NCBI RefSeq assembly: GCF_009914755.1 | Contig: NC_060947.1 | Reading direction: 5' to 3' (one strand) | DNA from: the human T2T-CHM13v2.0 reference genome, Homo sapiens | DNA: 64,000 nt | Shown: positions 30,833 through 45,860 of the stretch, piece by piece | Layout of the letters: every line of letters starts with the position of its first letter | Position numbering within the stretch: the stretch's first letter is position 1 | Made by a program: the position numbers and the translations under genes | The notes under the pieces: model-generated | Databases searched by the model: none | Seen by the model: only the letters and a program-made list of their open reading frames with translations | What the model was told of the DNA's origin: nothing

Positions 30833-31431
30833 AAAGACATGTCCAAGTGTTCTGCCTGGGAAGATGGGCCTGAGAGAGTCTTACATAGTTAATCACGTAC
30901 TATGTTTTTCTGTGCAGGACAGCAGAGGGAGTGGGGCTACCTGAGAGCAGCACATAGTCAGTAAATGGCCTATAACAGCTCTACTTCCTTTCTTGAAGAA
31001 TCAGAATGGTGAAAGAAACCAGTTTAATGTTTCTCATGCCCCTAAGAAGGACACTAAAGTGTTTTAAAGAGAGTTGGATCTGAAGGTGCCCTGTGGTTGG
31101 GCTTGAGGGATGACATGAAAATGTTCTGCATGAATCAGCCATTTAGGGCCAGATGGGATGATACGCATCTCAGGAGATGTTCGATGGATACAACATTGGG
31201 AAATTCTGAGATTCTGAATTGATTAAGTGTGAGACTCACGCATATTAAGTGCAATTACATAAAATGGCATTGCATTTCTCATTCGGCCAAGCATTGTAAC
31301 CAGGTATATTCCTGTGCCAGCTATTTCAATAAAAAGTGGTATCTCTCACAACCGTTTGCATTCCAATACAATTTTCTGAATGTAAGAGAAAGAGATATAG
31401 TTATAACCAAGGTGTTCATCAATGAGAATAG

Positions 31432-31836
<405 letters not shown>

Positions 31837-32624
31837 CACCGATCCATTTGAAAGTCAGCAAATATTTTGTCATTGACTAAATATAGACCCTAGAGAGTGA
31901 TCCCCATACACCACACTACAACTTAAGACTGATTCTATTTCTTAAGCATCCTTTGGAGGTCATCACGTTTTTGAACTCTTGTAATAACAGGGGACTTGAA
32001 CTCATTTCAGACAGCAAACCTCGTCCTGTGTTATCTTATGCTCTGGGAGGAATCTAAAAGACAAGGAAGTAAGGAAGAAAGAAAGGAAGGAAGGGAGGGA
32101 GGAAGGAAGGGAGGGAGGGAGGGAGGAAAGGAGAAGAGGAGAGAAGAGAGGAGACGAGCTTAAACCCAAATTGGTAGAAAGCTTCACAAGTCTGAATACT
32201 TAACAAGTTAAATTAAGTAGCTAAAGATGTTTTTGAAAATCATCTGAGCAAACAAAAAATGATTCTGAAAAATATTTGGTAATGTAATAATGACAATGGG
32301 TTATTTCTTCTATCCTTGATCTCCTACAAATATATTTTAAGCCAGATCATGTTTTTCCTTTGATGAAAACTCCACAGAGTTTTCATCTTCATGAAAATAA
32401 AATCCAAATTCCTAATAAGGCCGTACATGATGTGGGCACCTATTACCTCTCTGACATTAATACTTATTCTTCTCATGAATCACTCTGCTTCTATCACACT
32501 CCCCAATCTGTGACTCTTGTAACTCACCATGCATGTGATTCCTCTAACCTGCCATCCATATCACGGTCTTTGCATACTTCTGCCTGGAAGCTTCTTCTCT
32601 AAAATATCCACTATGTATCCTAAT

Positions 32625-32942
32625 TTTCTTTTCTTTTCTTTTTCTTTCCTTTTTTTTTTTTTTGAGATGGAGCCTTGCTTTGTCGGCTAGCCTGGAGTGC
32701 AGTGGTGCACTCTCGGCTCTCTGCAACCTCCACCTCCTGGTTTCAAGCAATTCTCCTGCCTCAGCCTCCTGAGTAGCTGAGATTACAGGCGCCTGCTACC
32801 ACGGCTGACTAATGTTTGTCGTTTTAGTATAGATGGGGTTTCATTGGTTGGCCAGGCTGGTCTTGAACTCCTGACCTCGTGATCCGCCTGCCTTCGCCTC
32901 CCAAAGTGCTGAGATTACAATCGTGAGCCACCACGCCCGGCC
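32625..32942 (-). mobile_element. Alu (mirror of 14925-15250)
   Basis: Direct reading. Confidence 0.95.
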
Positions 32943-33636
32943 TGTGTATCCGAATTTTCTTAAGGTCACTAGTCAGAAGTCACTTTATTGGAAAGGCTAT
33001 CCTCCATTTAATGGTGAAGACATTAAATGGTACTTGTACTTCTTTCCAAAAAAATGATACTTTTATCAGTTATTTTACTACAGTACCTGGAACATGTAAA
33101 CTTGCAAGCAATATTTGGTGAATGAAATATTTGGTTAACCTGAATTTAGTATTGCAGTCTTCATTACTAGAAAGCATTTACATGTTTTAACTGTCAGGGA
33201 GCAACACTGGTAAGTGATTAATTCCCTATCAATAAAATGGATAGAGTACTATTCATGCTACATGTTCTCACAGTTGTGGCAAGGGTTATTAAATTGCCAA
33301 CTGTAGTACTAAACTTATATTAATGTTGTACTCATTAGTATTACTCTTGTTATGTTCAGAGGAAATATGGAATAAAAGTAAGATCATGGGCCTGGTTCAA
33401 ATCTGAAATTCTGCTACGTCCTAGTCGGGTGATGTAGGTCAAGTTTCTTAACTCCTCTGAGTCTTAGATTCTTCGTATGAAAAATGGAAAAAATGCTAGC
33501 ACCTACTTCTCAGGATTGTTTTGAAAAACAAATTAATTAATATATTTAAGCTTTTAGCACAGAGCCTAGTACATAGTGTATGTTCAGTAATTACAAACTA
33601 TTACTAGTGAGTATAATAGGATGTGAAAATTCATGA

Positions 33637-34027
<391 letters not shown>

Positions 34028-34252
34028 AGATTTTTGCAATAGAGAAAGCATTGGACATCATTTTATCATAGAATATTAAAGCTGGAAGAGACCATAGGAT
34101 CATAGGAACCCACAGTCTCTTGCAAGAATCCAGGTCTCCAAACTCAGAAACATGCTGATTGTTCCTTCCTGAAAATGCACATTCGGCATGGCATAGCTTT
34201 TGCAATCAGTGACGATACCAAGGCATCAGGGGCTAGAGGCTTAGGACATCAC

Positions 34253-37200
34253 TGACAAAGCAGGAGTATTGCCATCTTGAACAAGCTCTGTCATTTTAAA
34301 ATTCACCTTAATCAAAAACCGCCAAAATCCAAACGGCATCAGCCTAATGGCTAAGGTCAGCATGACCATAAACCGCAAATAACATCTCCAACCAGAAACA
34401 TTCCAGACTCCTCCCCGACCAGAGACAAGCTAGCCCCAAGATAACCCCACCCTGGCCAGGAAGATGCCAGCCCCAAGATAACCTCCTCCCCTCCACCCAG
34501 AGGCGTGGTCTCGGCTCACTGCAACCTCTGCCTCCTGGGTTCAAGCCATTCTCCTGTCTCAGCCTGCCAAGTAGCTGGGACTACAGGCGCTTGCCTCCGC
34601 ACCTGGCTAATTTTTGTATTTTTAGTAGAGACAGGGTTTCACTATGTTGGCCCAGCTGGTCTCGGAACTCCTGACCTCAAGATCCGCCCACCTCGGCCTC
34701 CCAAAGTGCTGGGATTACAGGCGTGAGCCACCGTGCCCAGCCGCGTTCATGTTTTGCTCTTCATAAATTTTGTTTTCCTGGAAAAGGTTTTTTCCTGGTC
34801 GACTAAATTACTTTTCTCCACTCTGTCTTGCCACTCTTGGTGCATGTATGAAAGACCCTGAAATGACTCCTGGTGGCCTGGGACTCCTTGGGAAAACAAA
34901 AAAGGTGCCACAAATCCCGTTTTGGGAAAAACCTCTGTTTTCCTTATGAAACCCCTAGACTTAAAGATAAATAAGTACCTCTCAAAGATCTGTCTTTGTC
35001 TTCCAACTGTACTTGTTCATTAGGCCCTAGAAACTGCTTTCTTAGCCCTGTTCTTAAAAGGCCTCACCCGAAGGCCAATAATCCAATTGGAAAATTAGCA
35101 GAAAAAAAATCTCATAACTACTCAATCTTCTTCTGATTGTCTGTGTGGCTATATATGTTTTATGTGTGCGATGTCTATTAAAAGAACTCTAATTAACTGG
35201 CCAAAAAAATAAGCACTTAAATCAAATATTTTTAAGGGAAAAGTAAAAGCTGTGGGACCTTTCAGTTCTCGTAATTTTAATCTTTAGAACTTACCGGTAC
35301 AGCAGAGTTAAAAGTTGAGTTGAAAGTCGTTAAGAGGTGCCAGCGTACGTTTTTATTTGCATTTATTAATCAAGCAATTTCATACTTATGGCTGCAAAAT
35401 ACTATAAGGTGTCAACATTTGGCACAGAGGCTACAAAACGACAACTCAGCCCAAACAAAATAATCTTTGCTTGTGTAATTTTTTCAATAAATAAAGCATG
35501 AATATTGGTTTAACGAAGATAGCTATATCTTTAACTATTTAGTAAAATATGCTAACTTCTAACCTTGTGGCCTTAGGCAGTCTAGTCCACAGACATGAAG
35601 GAAATTTGTTTTGGGAAAGAACTGTTATCATCTTTAATATTAAAGAAAAGATAATTGGTATAAGAAAGAATCTCACATGGTAAATTTTTGTCCTAAAGTA
35701 AATTAACTGTTGTTTAAAAAAAGGGATGACTTTACAACAAGTCAGAAAGGTAAGGCATGTCAGAAATTGTCTGTGAAAGTCCTGAAGAATTTTATAAAAG
35801 GGAATTTGTGCAAGAAATGTCGCACAATTTAAAAGTAATTCGGCCTCCTGAATGCTGTATACAATTTCACTCTAACTCTTAGCTGTACAGCTTGCCTGCT
35901 TTGCAGCTGAATAAACCCTAGGACACATGGAGTTAAATGCTGGAATAAGCCAGATCTTCTCCGCACTTCCGTCTGGGTCCTAGGCCCTACACCTAGTGCG
36001 TAATTAGATTCCCAGACTTACCAAGGTTTTCATCAAAAGTAAAGGTTGCTAAAAGTTAGCAGTGTAACACGTATTTAAAACTACCGAAGAAATAGTTTAT
36101 GAGCAAGGTGTGTAAGGAAAGTAAAATATACTTTTGGTAAAAAGATTATAAGGAGGCCTAAGAATGTGGATTTTTGCCTACATTAAAAGGTTAAAAAATT
36201 GTTTTAAAGGTTTAAGCAAGTTTTGGAAGGTTAATTGTAAAGAAAATTTCGTGTGTGTACATACTGGCTAAAGTTAAAGGGGTATCATTCAGGTTTTCTG
36301 TAAATCGAGCATTAAAATAAAAGCACAATGGGTTTCTGTTAAAGCACTAACCTGCTCTTTAACAAAAAGTATAAACGGTTAAAAAGGGTCTATAAAAACC
36401 TTACCTTCCGGTCAAACATGAACATTGGGTAAATGCGTCTACAAGGTTTTATGAAAAATGGAGTTTAACATTAATAGCACACTAATACAATGGTAAAATT
36501 TGGCTTATTTGATATAAAATCATACAGGAAGCATTGTCAAATATAAAATGGTATTTGGCTTTCTTTGGGCTATAGTTGTATAAATATGCTATTGGGATGT
36601 GTTCCAAAGTTATGGCAGATTCCTATCATTCTAATATATCTTAGTGTACGTTATCACTAATAATTATAATTGTTTTGTTAAAATTATTGTGTGCCACAGA
36701 GGTAACGGATATCTTTGTCAACTGTGTCTTTAACTATGGCTACCCTAAAACTTTTTGTCATCCATAAACAATTGTTGTCTTGTTTTAGTCCTCTTCAAAG
36801 GGTGGTTTTCTAATCAGCTATAAAGCTCTGATTGCAGGTTTCTGATAAAAAGCAGGACAGGAATTAACTGCATAAACCAAACTAATAGGAAACTAATCTG
36901 TTTAACGTTTTGCTTAAAATATTGCTATCCCTTTGTTTTACCTTTCAAAGTCAAAGAAACTTTTTTTAAGTGATTAACAGCTTTTAACTGTTAACTGCTA
37001 ACTCCCATATGTATGGGAGTTAACTGTTCACTTTTAACTGTTTAACTTTTAACTGTTAACTCCCATCAACAAAATTTGGAGGATACTTGTTTCTCTCTAC
37101 CTGATTCTCTCCAAAATTTGGAAACTATCTATGAGTATTCTTAAGTTATGGCAATATAGTTATTTGCATAAATACAACAAGAATCTGTTTTCTTTTGTAA

Positions 37201-38836
37201 CGGGACACGATTGGAAAAACTGGTTATTCTTACCAAGGCTTTAACTGGAATGGTGTGCTTTTCCTTTAAGGAATCCAGCTTTAACTTATAAAGCCAATAA
37301 AGCCCTTGAAAAACTGGCCTCATATTTTGTGTACACAGTCCCCGTACAGGGTTTGTGATCTGTGGTAAACAGAACATGTCACTTTCTAACAGGCCAGGAA
37401 CCCTAAGTTATCTTGAAACATCAAGAGGAGAGGAATTCACCCAACTCATAGGTATTTAATGGTACAAATCCATGGCTGGGCTTGGCTTTCAAAAGTCTTT
37501 TATCTCAGATTGCTTCTACAAAACCAAATTCCACCAAAGCCCATTTAAAAGGCCTATGTAACAAATAATTATTCTTGCAGCACTGTATGCAAATAAGTAA
37601 GCCAAGTATCCTAAAGCAAACCTACCATAATTTGTCTTTTAATAAAAATGGGAAAGTGGAGAGAGGAAATTATGTTTCCAAAACTATGACACCCCTCTTG
37701 TTAAATTCTAGAGTTGCCTGATGTTTTTCAGTTATTATTTGCTACTGTTTAAATTAAGTTCTAATTTTTCTGACTACAAGACTTCAAAATAAGCTGTGCT
37801 TTCTTAAAGCCCTATAAACTGGAAACTAGATGTTTCAGCAGGCACTGCCTCTAAGCCCCCTAACCCTCACAGGAGCAAATAAAGAAATAGGAAATCGTAA
37901 GGTAAAAATCATAAAAAATAAATAACCGAGAAAGAATTGCTCGTCTTACTCAGTCTCACCCCTACCTCACCAAACACTTTTGTCATTCCTATCTCTCCTT
38001 TCAAGCCAAATATTACAACTTTTTAATGGAAATTATTGACTACACCACCCTTGTGGAAACTGCTTTACTCACTCTACTATTTGCAGTAAAACTATATACT
38101 GTAGCACCCTCAGGGTAAAATGTCAGACAAAAACAATCTCAATTACTGTAGCATTTTGCTTAATTATTAGCCTCTTAGCAGGAATAACGCTTACTAACAG
38201 AAACTAACACATGGGCCTTTCCAAACATGTGCTTCTACCTCTCATTAGGTAAGGAATATTGTTTCTTTATCAACCAATCAGGCCTAGTAAAAAAACGCTG
38301 CTAAAACAAACATAAAGAAAAGGCTAAAAAGGTAAGGGAGTACCAAAACAACCAAATAAGTTCTTGGTTTGGGAACACAATCATAGCATGGGCCATCCTA
38401 TTTCTGGGCCCTCTCCTAATAATATGCCTGGGGCTAATTTTCTTACCCTGCCTAATTAAGCTTTTTCAGAAAATTTTAACTAACAGGATCACGGCCATTT
38501 CACAGACAACTACCCAAAAACATCTACAGACGGCATTGCTCCTACTGTCAACCCAAAGCCAAAAAACTCTCCGTCCCCTCGTCAGCAGGAAGTAGCCAAA
38601 AAGAACACGCTGCCCCTTGTCCTTTTTATAACTATAGGGTCTGGATTGACAAAGCAGGAGTATCGCCATCTTGAACAAGCACTGTCATTTTAAAAGTCAC
38701 CTTAATCGAAAACTGCCTAAATCCAAAGGGCATCAGCCTAATGGCTAAGGTCAGCATGAGCATTAACCACAAATAATATCTCCAATCGTAAATATTCCAA
38801 ACTCCTCCGCGACCTGAGACATGCTGGCCCCAAGAT
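34253..38836 (+). mobile_element. Degenerate ERV1 provirus (MER61-like): partial 5' LTR 34253-34501, interior 34743-38646 with env TM remnant, partial 3' LTR 38647-~38836
   Basis: Both LTRs start TGACAAAGCAGGAGTAT(T/C)GCCATCTTGAACAAGC. The env remnant translates LGKEYCFFINQSGLV (from 38245) and WAILFLGPLLIICLGLIFLPCLIKLFQKILTNRITAIS...VSRK* (stop 38593-38595). Confidence 0.8.
34502..34742 (-). mobile_element. Alu lacking 3' end (mirror of 13122-13362)
   Basis: Direct reading. Confidence 0.95.
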
Positions 38837-38877
38837 TTAAATGTGCTGTCTGGCTTTTGGAGCAAAAAGCAGACACT

Positions 38878-39670
38878 GTTTTTTTCATAGTTTAAGTTCT
38901 AGGGTACACGTGTACAACGTGCAGGTTTGTTACATATGTATACATGTGACATGTTGGTGTTCTGCACCCATTAAGTCGTCATTTACATTAGGTATATCTC
39001 CTAATGCTGTCCCTGCCCCTGCTTCTACCCCACAACAGGTCCCGGTGTGTGATGTTCCCCACGCTGTGTCCAAGTGTTCTCATTGTTCAGTTCCCACCTA
39101 TGAATGAGAACATGTGGTGTTTTGTTTTCTGTCCTTGTGATAGTTTGCTGAGAATGATGGTTTCCAGCTTCATCCATGTCCCTACAAAGGACATTAACTT
39201 ATCATTTTTTATGGCTGCATAGTATTCCATGGTGTATGTGTGCCACATTTTCTTAATCCAGTCTATCATTGATGGACATTCGGGTTGGTTCCAAGTCTTT
39301 GCTATTGTGAATAGTGCTGCAATAAACATACGTGTGCATGTGTCTTTATAGCAGCATGATTTATAATCCTTTGGGTATATACCCAGTAATGGGATCGCTG
39401 AGTCAAATGAAATATAACTATGAGAAAGTAGTTATATTTCTAGTTCTAGATCCCTGAGGAATCGCCACACTGTCTTCCACAATGGTTGAACTAGTTTACA
39501 GTCCCACCAGCAGTGTAAAAGTGTTCCTATTTCTCTACATCCTTTCCAGCACCTGTTGTTTCCTGACTTTTGAATGATCGCCATTCTAACTGGTGTGAGA
39601 TGGTGTCTCATTGTGGTTTTGGTTTGCATTTCTCTGATGGCCAGTGATGATGAGCATTTTTTCATGTGTC
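38878..39670 (-). mobile_element. 5'-truncated L1PA 3' end with TSD caaaaagcaga(c/g)act
   Basis: L1PA 3'UTR and ORF2 C-terminus (ORFs 39087..39329, 39432..39665); TSD at 38863-38877 and 39670-39684. Confidence 0.93.
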
Positions 39671-39684
39671 AAAAAGCAGAGACT

Positions 39685-40034
39685 TTTATAAGGTAAGGGA
39701 GAAATGAGCAAGGGGAGGGGTCCTCCCTGCTACTGGGCAGTTATCTACTGTGCAGTTGTCCAAGTGGACATGCTTTTGGCATATCTTCTCGAGGTGAAAC
39801 CCTGGAGATGGGAGTTCCAAGGGGACATGCTTTGATCTGCAAATAGGCTGTAAACTCTCGAAGAGAGATCCAGAGCACCCAGATGAACTTGCGCTGCAGA
39901 GAATGTCTGATGAGGGAGAGGTGAGAGTTTATTTTGCATTTCAAAAAGCACTGAGTAGGAAGTAAAGGGAAAGGGCAAAAGAGAAAAGAAAGCCATTAAA
40001 CTATCTCTTAGAAAAATGGGGGCACTTGGTTACA
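39685..40034 (-). mobile_element. ERV1-type LTR fragment (interrupted by the L1)
   Basis: Reverse complement begins TGTAACCAAGTGCCCCCATTTTTCTAAGAGATAG; family not resolved. Confidence 0.55.
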
Positions 40035-40899
40035 AAAAGAGTCAGAAAAGTTCTTATTTCTTAGTTTTCTTATTGTCAACACTTTTATTTTACACGCAGA
40101 GCGTCCACCATTTTCCCATAAGTATTATTTTTTTTCTTATGAATGTTGTACCTTGTATGAATTTTATATCCTACCTTGCAATTTAATTTGATTTGGCTCT
40201 CTTTTGGCCCAAACCTAGACTATAATCATTCAGCACTAGTAGTATGCATACCTTCATCGTATAATCCTCATCTAACCTTCATGTTTTCCATCATTTAAGA
40301 ATAAGAACAAGATACAATATGTGCAATTAAATAAAGAAAACTATTTTCTTTGTTGTTGTTGTTCTAGCCAAAGGAGCCTGGGATTTTTCAATGATAGCAA
40401 TTCAGATGACTTGTAGCTGCAAAGACTGACTCCAAACTTTTAATGTAAAAAAGTCTTTGAGGATATTTTTCTATCAAAACATCAGTGAATAAATTTCTGT
40501 GTAGAAGTCCATAATACCACCTAACTCTTTGATATCGTTTGAATAGACACTTGTACCATTCTCCCATAGGTAGACATTTGAAATGAGAATAAAACTTTGG
40601 CTCAGTGGAGAAATTTTATTATTCAAATTCAAGGTGATTTGATGATGAGATCGAAATGTACAGCATATTAATTTGGTTTCATCACAAAGTTATGTGAAAA
40701 CCCAATGTTTCAACATTTTTTCATAAAAAAAGTGTCACCAAGTACAATATTGATGTTACTGTTCCTTTTTAATCATAGAGGTGGTTAATTAAAATACCAA
40801 ATCGGAGTTTTCATTTTGGGTTACAAATGGGTTTCTGAAAATGTCCCGTATGTTTATGAGATCATTTAAAAAACCATACATATCTGAGTATAAACTTCT

Positions 40900-41770
40900 T
40901 CAACAATATGTATTGATTATCAATTATGTGGTACTCATTATGCTAGAAAATATGTATACAATGTTGAACAAAATAGACATGGTTCTCATACTTCTTATAA
41001 TTGTTAAAATAGATATTAATAAGTCAATTACATAAGTATTTTATTATAATCTAAAACAAATTTTATTAAGGCCAAGAACATGATTACATGGAACACATTA
41101 TAAAGGACCCTAACCTAGACTAGGGAGAAAGGTTGTCCAGGGGAAATTTTCTGCAGGATCGTTACTTGAGCTGAGACCGAGAATATCAGTAGGCTTTAAT
41201 TAGGTAAAGGGCATAGATGTATGAGAACATGCCAGAAGAAAGCAGTATGTATAATAACTGTATAGCAGGAGAGACTGATACTTTAAAGGCACCAAAATCA
41301 GGCTAGAGGGACTGGAGTGTAGAGGGTGAGGATGAGAATGCTGCTAGACATCGCTGGAAAAGTATGGGGAAGTCATACCATACAGAGCCTTGTAGGTCAT
41401 GTTAAGAATTTTAGTTATTTATTCATGAGAAGTGAGAAACTGATGACTTTTATGCATGCAGTTTGGCATGCTCAATTTTGTGTTTTGAAACACTCTGGTT
41501 GCAGGAGGGTAAGTAGATTGAAGTATCCAGAGTAGACGCAAGGAGATCAGTTAGGAGGTTATTTCAGTTGACTAAGGGAAAAATAATGGTAGCTTTAGTT
41601 AGACTTGTAACAATGGAGACAAAGGGAAAGACAGGTTAAAAAATTATCAAGGAGGGAACCTTGACAGACTTGATAATGGATTGGAAATGTGTGGCAAGAA
41701 AAAGTTTCAAGAATGACTGAGGTTTTTGAGTAGTACTACTTAATGGGAATGATACAGAGACGTTAAAGAC
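40900..41770 (-). mobile_element. L2 fragment
   Basis: Degenerate L2 motifs (gagctgagac, agagccttgtaggtcatgttaagaatttt, gagatcagttaggaggttatt, caagaatgact..ggttttt). Confidence 0.6.
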
Positions 41771-42028
41771 TTCTGGATAGGACACTTCTATTTTAAAAAA
41801 AGGATCAGAATTCATTTGGAAACAGAGGTTATAGTATAAGGAAACCAAGACCGTTCCAAAATTCTACAAATAATTTATAGTCCACATATCTGCTGTACGA
41901 AAGGACTAAAATGTTGCTATCTTGTAAATGTCATGCATTGCCAAGTGAATTGTCTTGTAGGTTAAAATCGTTAATCATTATTAACCTATTTATTCATAAG
42001 TCACGTTGATTGCACTGTAGAAAAAAAC

Positions 42029-42319
42029 TTTTTTTTTTGAGATGGAGTGTCGCTTTTTTTGCCCAGGCTGGAGTGCAGTGGCGCGATATGGCTCACCACA
42101 AGCTCCGCCTCCCAGGTTCAAGTGATTCTCCTGCCTCAGCCTCCCGAGTAGCTGGGATTACAGGCATACGCCACCACGCCCGGCTAATGTTGTGGTTTTA
42201 GTAGAGAAGGGGTTTCTCCATGTTGGTCAGGCTGGTCTTGAACTCCCGACCTCAGGTGATCTGCCCGCCTCGGCCTCCCAAAGTATTGGGATTACAGGCG
42301 TGAGCCACCGTGCCTGGCC
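42029..42319 (-). mobile_element. Alu
   Basis: Full antisense Alu; aaaacttt on both flanks. Confidence 0.95.
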
Positions 42320-45300
42320 ACAAAACTTTTATATTTATCTCCTTTCCTCCATCTTCTTTCTTCTTTTGTTACATCTGTATCTTCCTTCATTTTCTTTCCT
42401 TTCTTCCTTCCTTCCATTTTTACTTCATTTTATCCTTCCTTCTTTCCTCTCTCTCTCTCTCCACATATTTATGGAGGATTTACTAGGAATCATGCATTAT
42501 GCCAGGCACTAGAGAAAATATGGCAAATCAAATGTATTTGTTGTCTTCATGAAGTTTAAAATCTATCAGGGTAGACATTTTAAAACAGACAGTAAGAAAG
42601 AAAGATTTGATTATATCTGTGATAAGTAGCATATAGAACCTTGTAGGTCTAATAAATAAGTAAAATCGATAGGATGCAATGAGAGCTGTAACCAGCATGT
42701 TTGGTCACTTGGGTACAAAGAGAAGATGGCTACCTATGTATTGAAATAGCCCATTGGCTTTTGAACTGTGTTTCCTGAAGAAATAACAAAATGGACCATC
42801 ATCTCCACAACAGGCCTTAACATGGAAAAAATATTTTGTGCTATAATTGTCAGCTCCTGTATTTTCTCTTTTCTGGAATGAGTAATTACAATTCTAGACA
42901 AAAGCTGGGATGCCTAAACTATGCTCTGGAATTTACTGAGATGTATAATGTTTCATTGTCATAATCCCTAAATAATCACCTGCTGGAAATGGCCCTGTTT
43001 TAGAAATAGTATCTTAATGTAATAGCATTGGGAGACTAGAATTGTCCCTTTGTTTTTGGTTATATTTTAAACCTTATAAGTTTATTATATTATGCATGTA
43101 AGCACTTAAAACTGTGATCTGTTATATTAAGTAAAGCCTTTTAGATCTTATTGCATCCATACCTGTGTATACAGTTGTTTTGCTTGAAAGAGGATAGCAT
43201 AATTTGCCAGCTGACATGAACTTTATGTAGGAATGTTACCTTCTGATATAAGTGGACAAATCTTAATTAAGAAACATGGAGTGATCAGAGAGGGCCACTC
43301 AACATGTCTCAGCATTTTGCGTTTACCATCATCTGCCCTTTTAAGTCCCATCTGTGTTCTGTGGGGCCCAAGCACTCGAGAAAGCCGAGGCATTGGCTTA
43401 GCCTCCTTCACCTGAAATGCATTCATTGCTAAGTTCTCTGTGCACACGGCTTCCAGATTGTGCACTCACATCTGGACACAGAGGAGATCTGTTGCCCTGA
43501 GTGTAGAGGACAAAAGACCCACGACTCCACGACAAGCTCTCCCATCACATTCCTGGTGACCTCACCTAGACTCAGGCTTAAGCACCAAGGGATTGGACAG
43601 GTGGAGTCAGGCCTGTTTAGGACCTGTGGGCCACAGAAACACAGGTAGTTGGGATTGTTGGGCTGAGGTTGGAAGGCAGGGACAGAATAAAAATATGACT
43701 GTCTGAAGATGAGCCAAGTGGAAGCACTTCTAATACGTTTATTCCAGGAAGGAAGAAGCTGTCTAAAATCTGCATAAATAGAGTGACCCAGTTCAATGGT
43801 AGTCAATTAGAGGCCCTAATTGCAATGTCATCCCCAGCTCCACCCTGCTCCAGGTACCTTCTCCGGCCCTGACTGCATTTTTCATCCTGGCTCTGTGGGC
43901 CCCAATGTAACCTGCTGCCCCCTCAGCCCCGGCCAAAAACTCAGCCCCAATTACTTCCTTAGCTTTAGCTGCCTCTTGGCTTTAACCTCCTATTTGTCCC
44001 TTATCTTTCAGCTCTGTTTCCCACTCTGCCTCATTGACCCCAACTACCTTCTCAGGCCTGGCCCATTAGTGTCCAGTGGCCCCAGGCCCACAGGCCCTGT
44101 AGGCCTCAGCCACCCCAAGTGGAGGGAAGGACCCAATAAGCATTTTTGAAGTCAAGGAGAGAAGAAAAAAAAGAATTTCAATTTTTAACTTTTTTTGATC
44201 AACATACAATTGTTTCTTTGAATGCAGTCTTCTGTGCGACTGGACCTTGAGGCCAGAAGGTGACCTTTATATGGGTTATATAGTTTTATGCCCCAGGGTG
44301 AGGTGAAATCAGTGTCTTTGGGAAATACATTTTGTTCACTTTATGCTGTATACCTGCCTCATAGCCCAGAAACATTTCTCCCTTTCGTTCACACAGTTCT
44401 TGCAGCAATTTGAAGGGAATAAAATGGTGCCAGGAAAGTATCTTTAATTAGATGTAGGGTAAGAAAAAAAAGTTTTAACTGGAAGAGCACCACTCCTGTG
44501 TTCCCCATCAGCCATGTTTTACTTGCAGCTCTTCATAAGTTGTGCAGGTGTAACTTAGTGAAAGCCTGCTGTACATTATGAATTGCATTAAAGATTTTTT
44601 TAAAGCCTTGTTGAACTTTACATTTATGCATATAAAATCTTTCAAATGACAAGCCTCTGTTCTTTATCCATAAACAGAAATAATTTTTTTTGAAACTATC
44701 GAGTTTCTAAGAGATTTAAAACCCCATTAACTTTTCAGCAAATATATTCAGCTCTTCAAATTGCACTGAAATATTTGGCTGTGCAAATACAGATGCCACA
44801 GACAAAGCCAACTGAGATGGGAGCAAGGGTGCAAATAGCAATCATACTTCCCTAGGTATCTTGATGAGATTCTTAATTCAATACAGTCCATGTTGTGCTG
44901 GAAACAGCTTGCATGTGGAATTCAAAGGTCCCAATATTGCACATTTTCATTCCCATTCTTTTCAAGAGGTGAAAGATTTCATGATTTTGCATTACTTTAT
45001 ATGCTTTAATTGTGTTCCTGTATTTGCATGGTGATGTTTAAGACAACATGGTATCTCTTGGAAGCTCCCAGTGGTCCTGCTGGCCAACACTGCAACGTAT
45101 CCTGTGACAAGGCTGTTTTTCTAGGGACGGTTTCTTTGTCCACTTTCTCTGACCATCTGACCTATAAGGCCTGCAAGCCACATTTTCAAACCTCTTCCCC
45201 AGCTCAGTCAGTTAACAGACACTATTATTTGCCTTTTAAATTCAGCCCTATATAGAATTACTACCAGTGATTTTATATTCCACCAAATAACATTTTTATG

Positions 45301-45599
45301 TTACCAACCTAATCAGAAAATCCCAGTTCAATCAGACTTTCTCAGAGCAGAGCTACAAAATGTCCTCCTATTCTAGTTTTTAATCTCCACCTTGAGAGAA
45401 ATATGCAGAAAGGGTCTATAGGCAGCAGTTAATCTTACAGTGATTTCTTTACATCAAAAAATAGTTTCTAAAATTATTTCTAAATTTAAAAGATTCATCT
45501 CAGGAAGAAAGCATGCAGCAGTCTTTGTAGATAGAATTTTGCATAAGGGAAGGTGCCTCAGATCATGTTTTCCCTTTAGAAGGAAGGAAGGAAAGAAGG

Positions 45600-45860
45600 T
45601 AAGAAACTGACATGTATCAAACACTTACTACCTATCAAATCATGTACTGGACGTTTTCACTGACCTTAATAAACTCAGCTCATTTGACTTTCATCACAAC
45701 CCCTTGAGGTAGTTACTATGCCTCATTTTTACATGTAACGACCCAGATTCCGAGAAGTTCAGTGACTTCCCTAAGTTCACACAGGTTTCAAGTTCTTTTT
45801 TGAATCGAGGCCTGTGTGATTACAAATCCTGTGCTCTTTCCACTACATAACACTGCCTCC
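45600..45860 (-). mobile_element. MIR
   Basis: cacttactac...catcacaacccc.tgaggtag...cattttaca...agtgacttccctaag.tcacac...ctctttccactaca core. Confidence 0.7.

Noticed and set aside
38245-38595. env transmembrane-like reading frame as a possible captured env gene
   Set aside because: Short and frameshifted, with no signal peptide or SU domain.
43223-44149. Cluster of 60-125 aa ORFs in a slightly GC-richer unique stretch
   Set aside because: No recognisable homology or convincing splice and promoter context. They could be lncRNA exons, but that cannot be supported from sequence.
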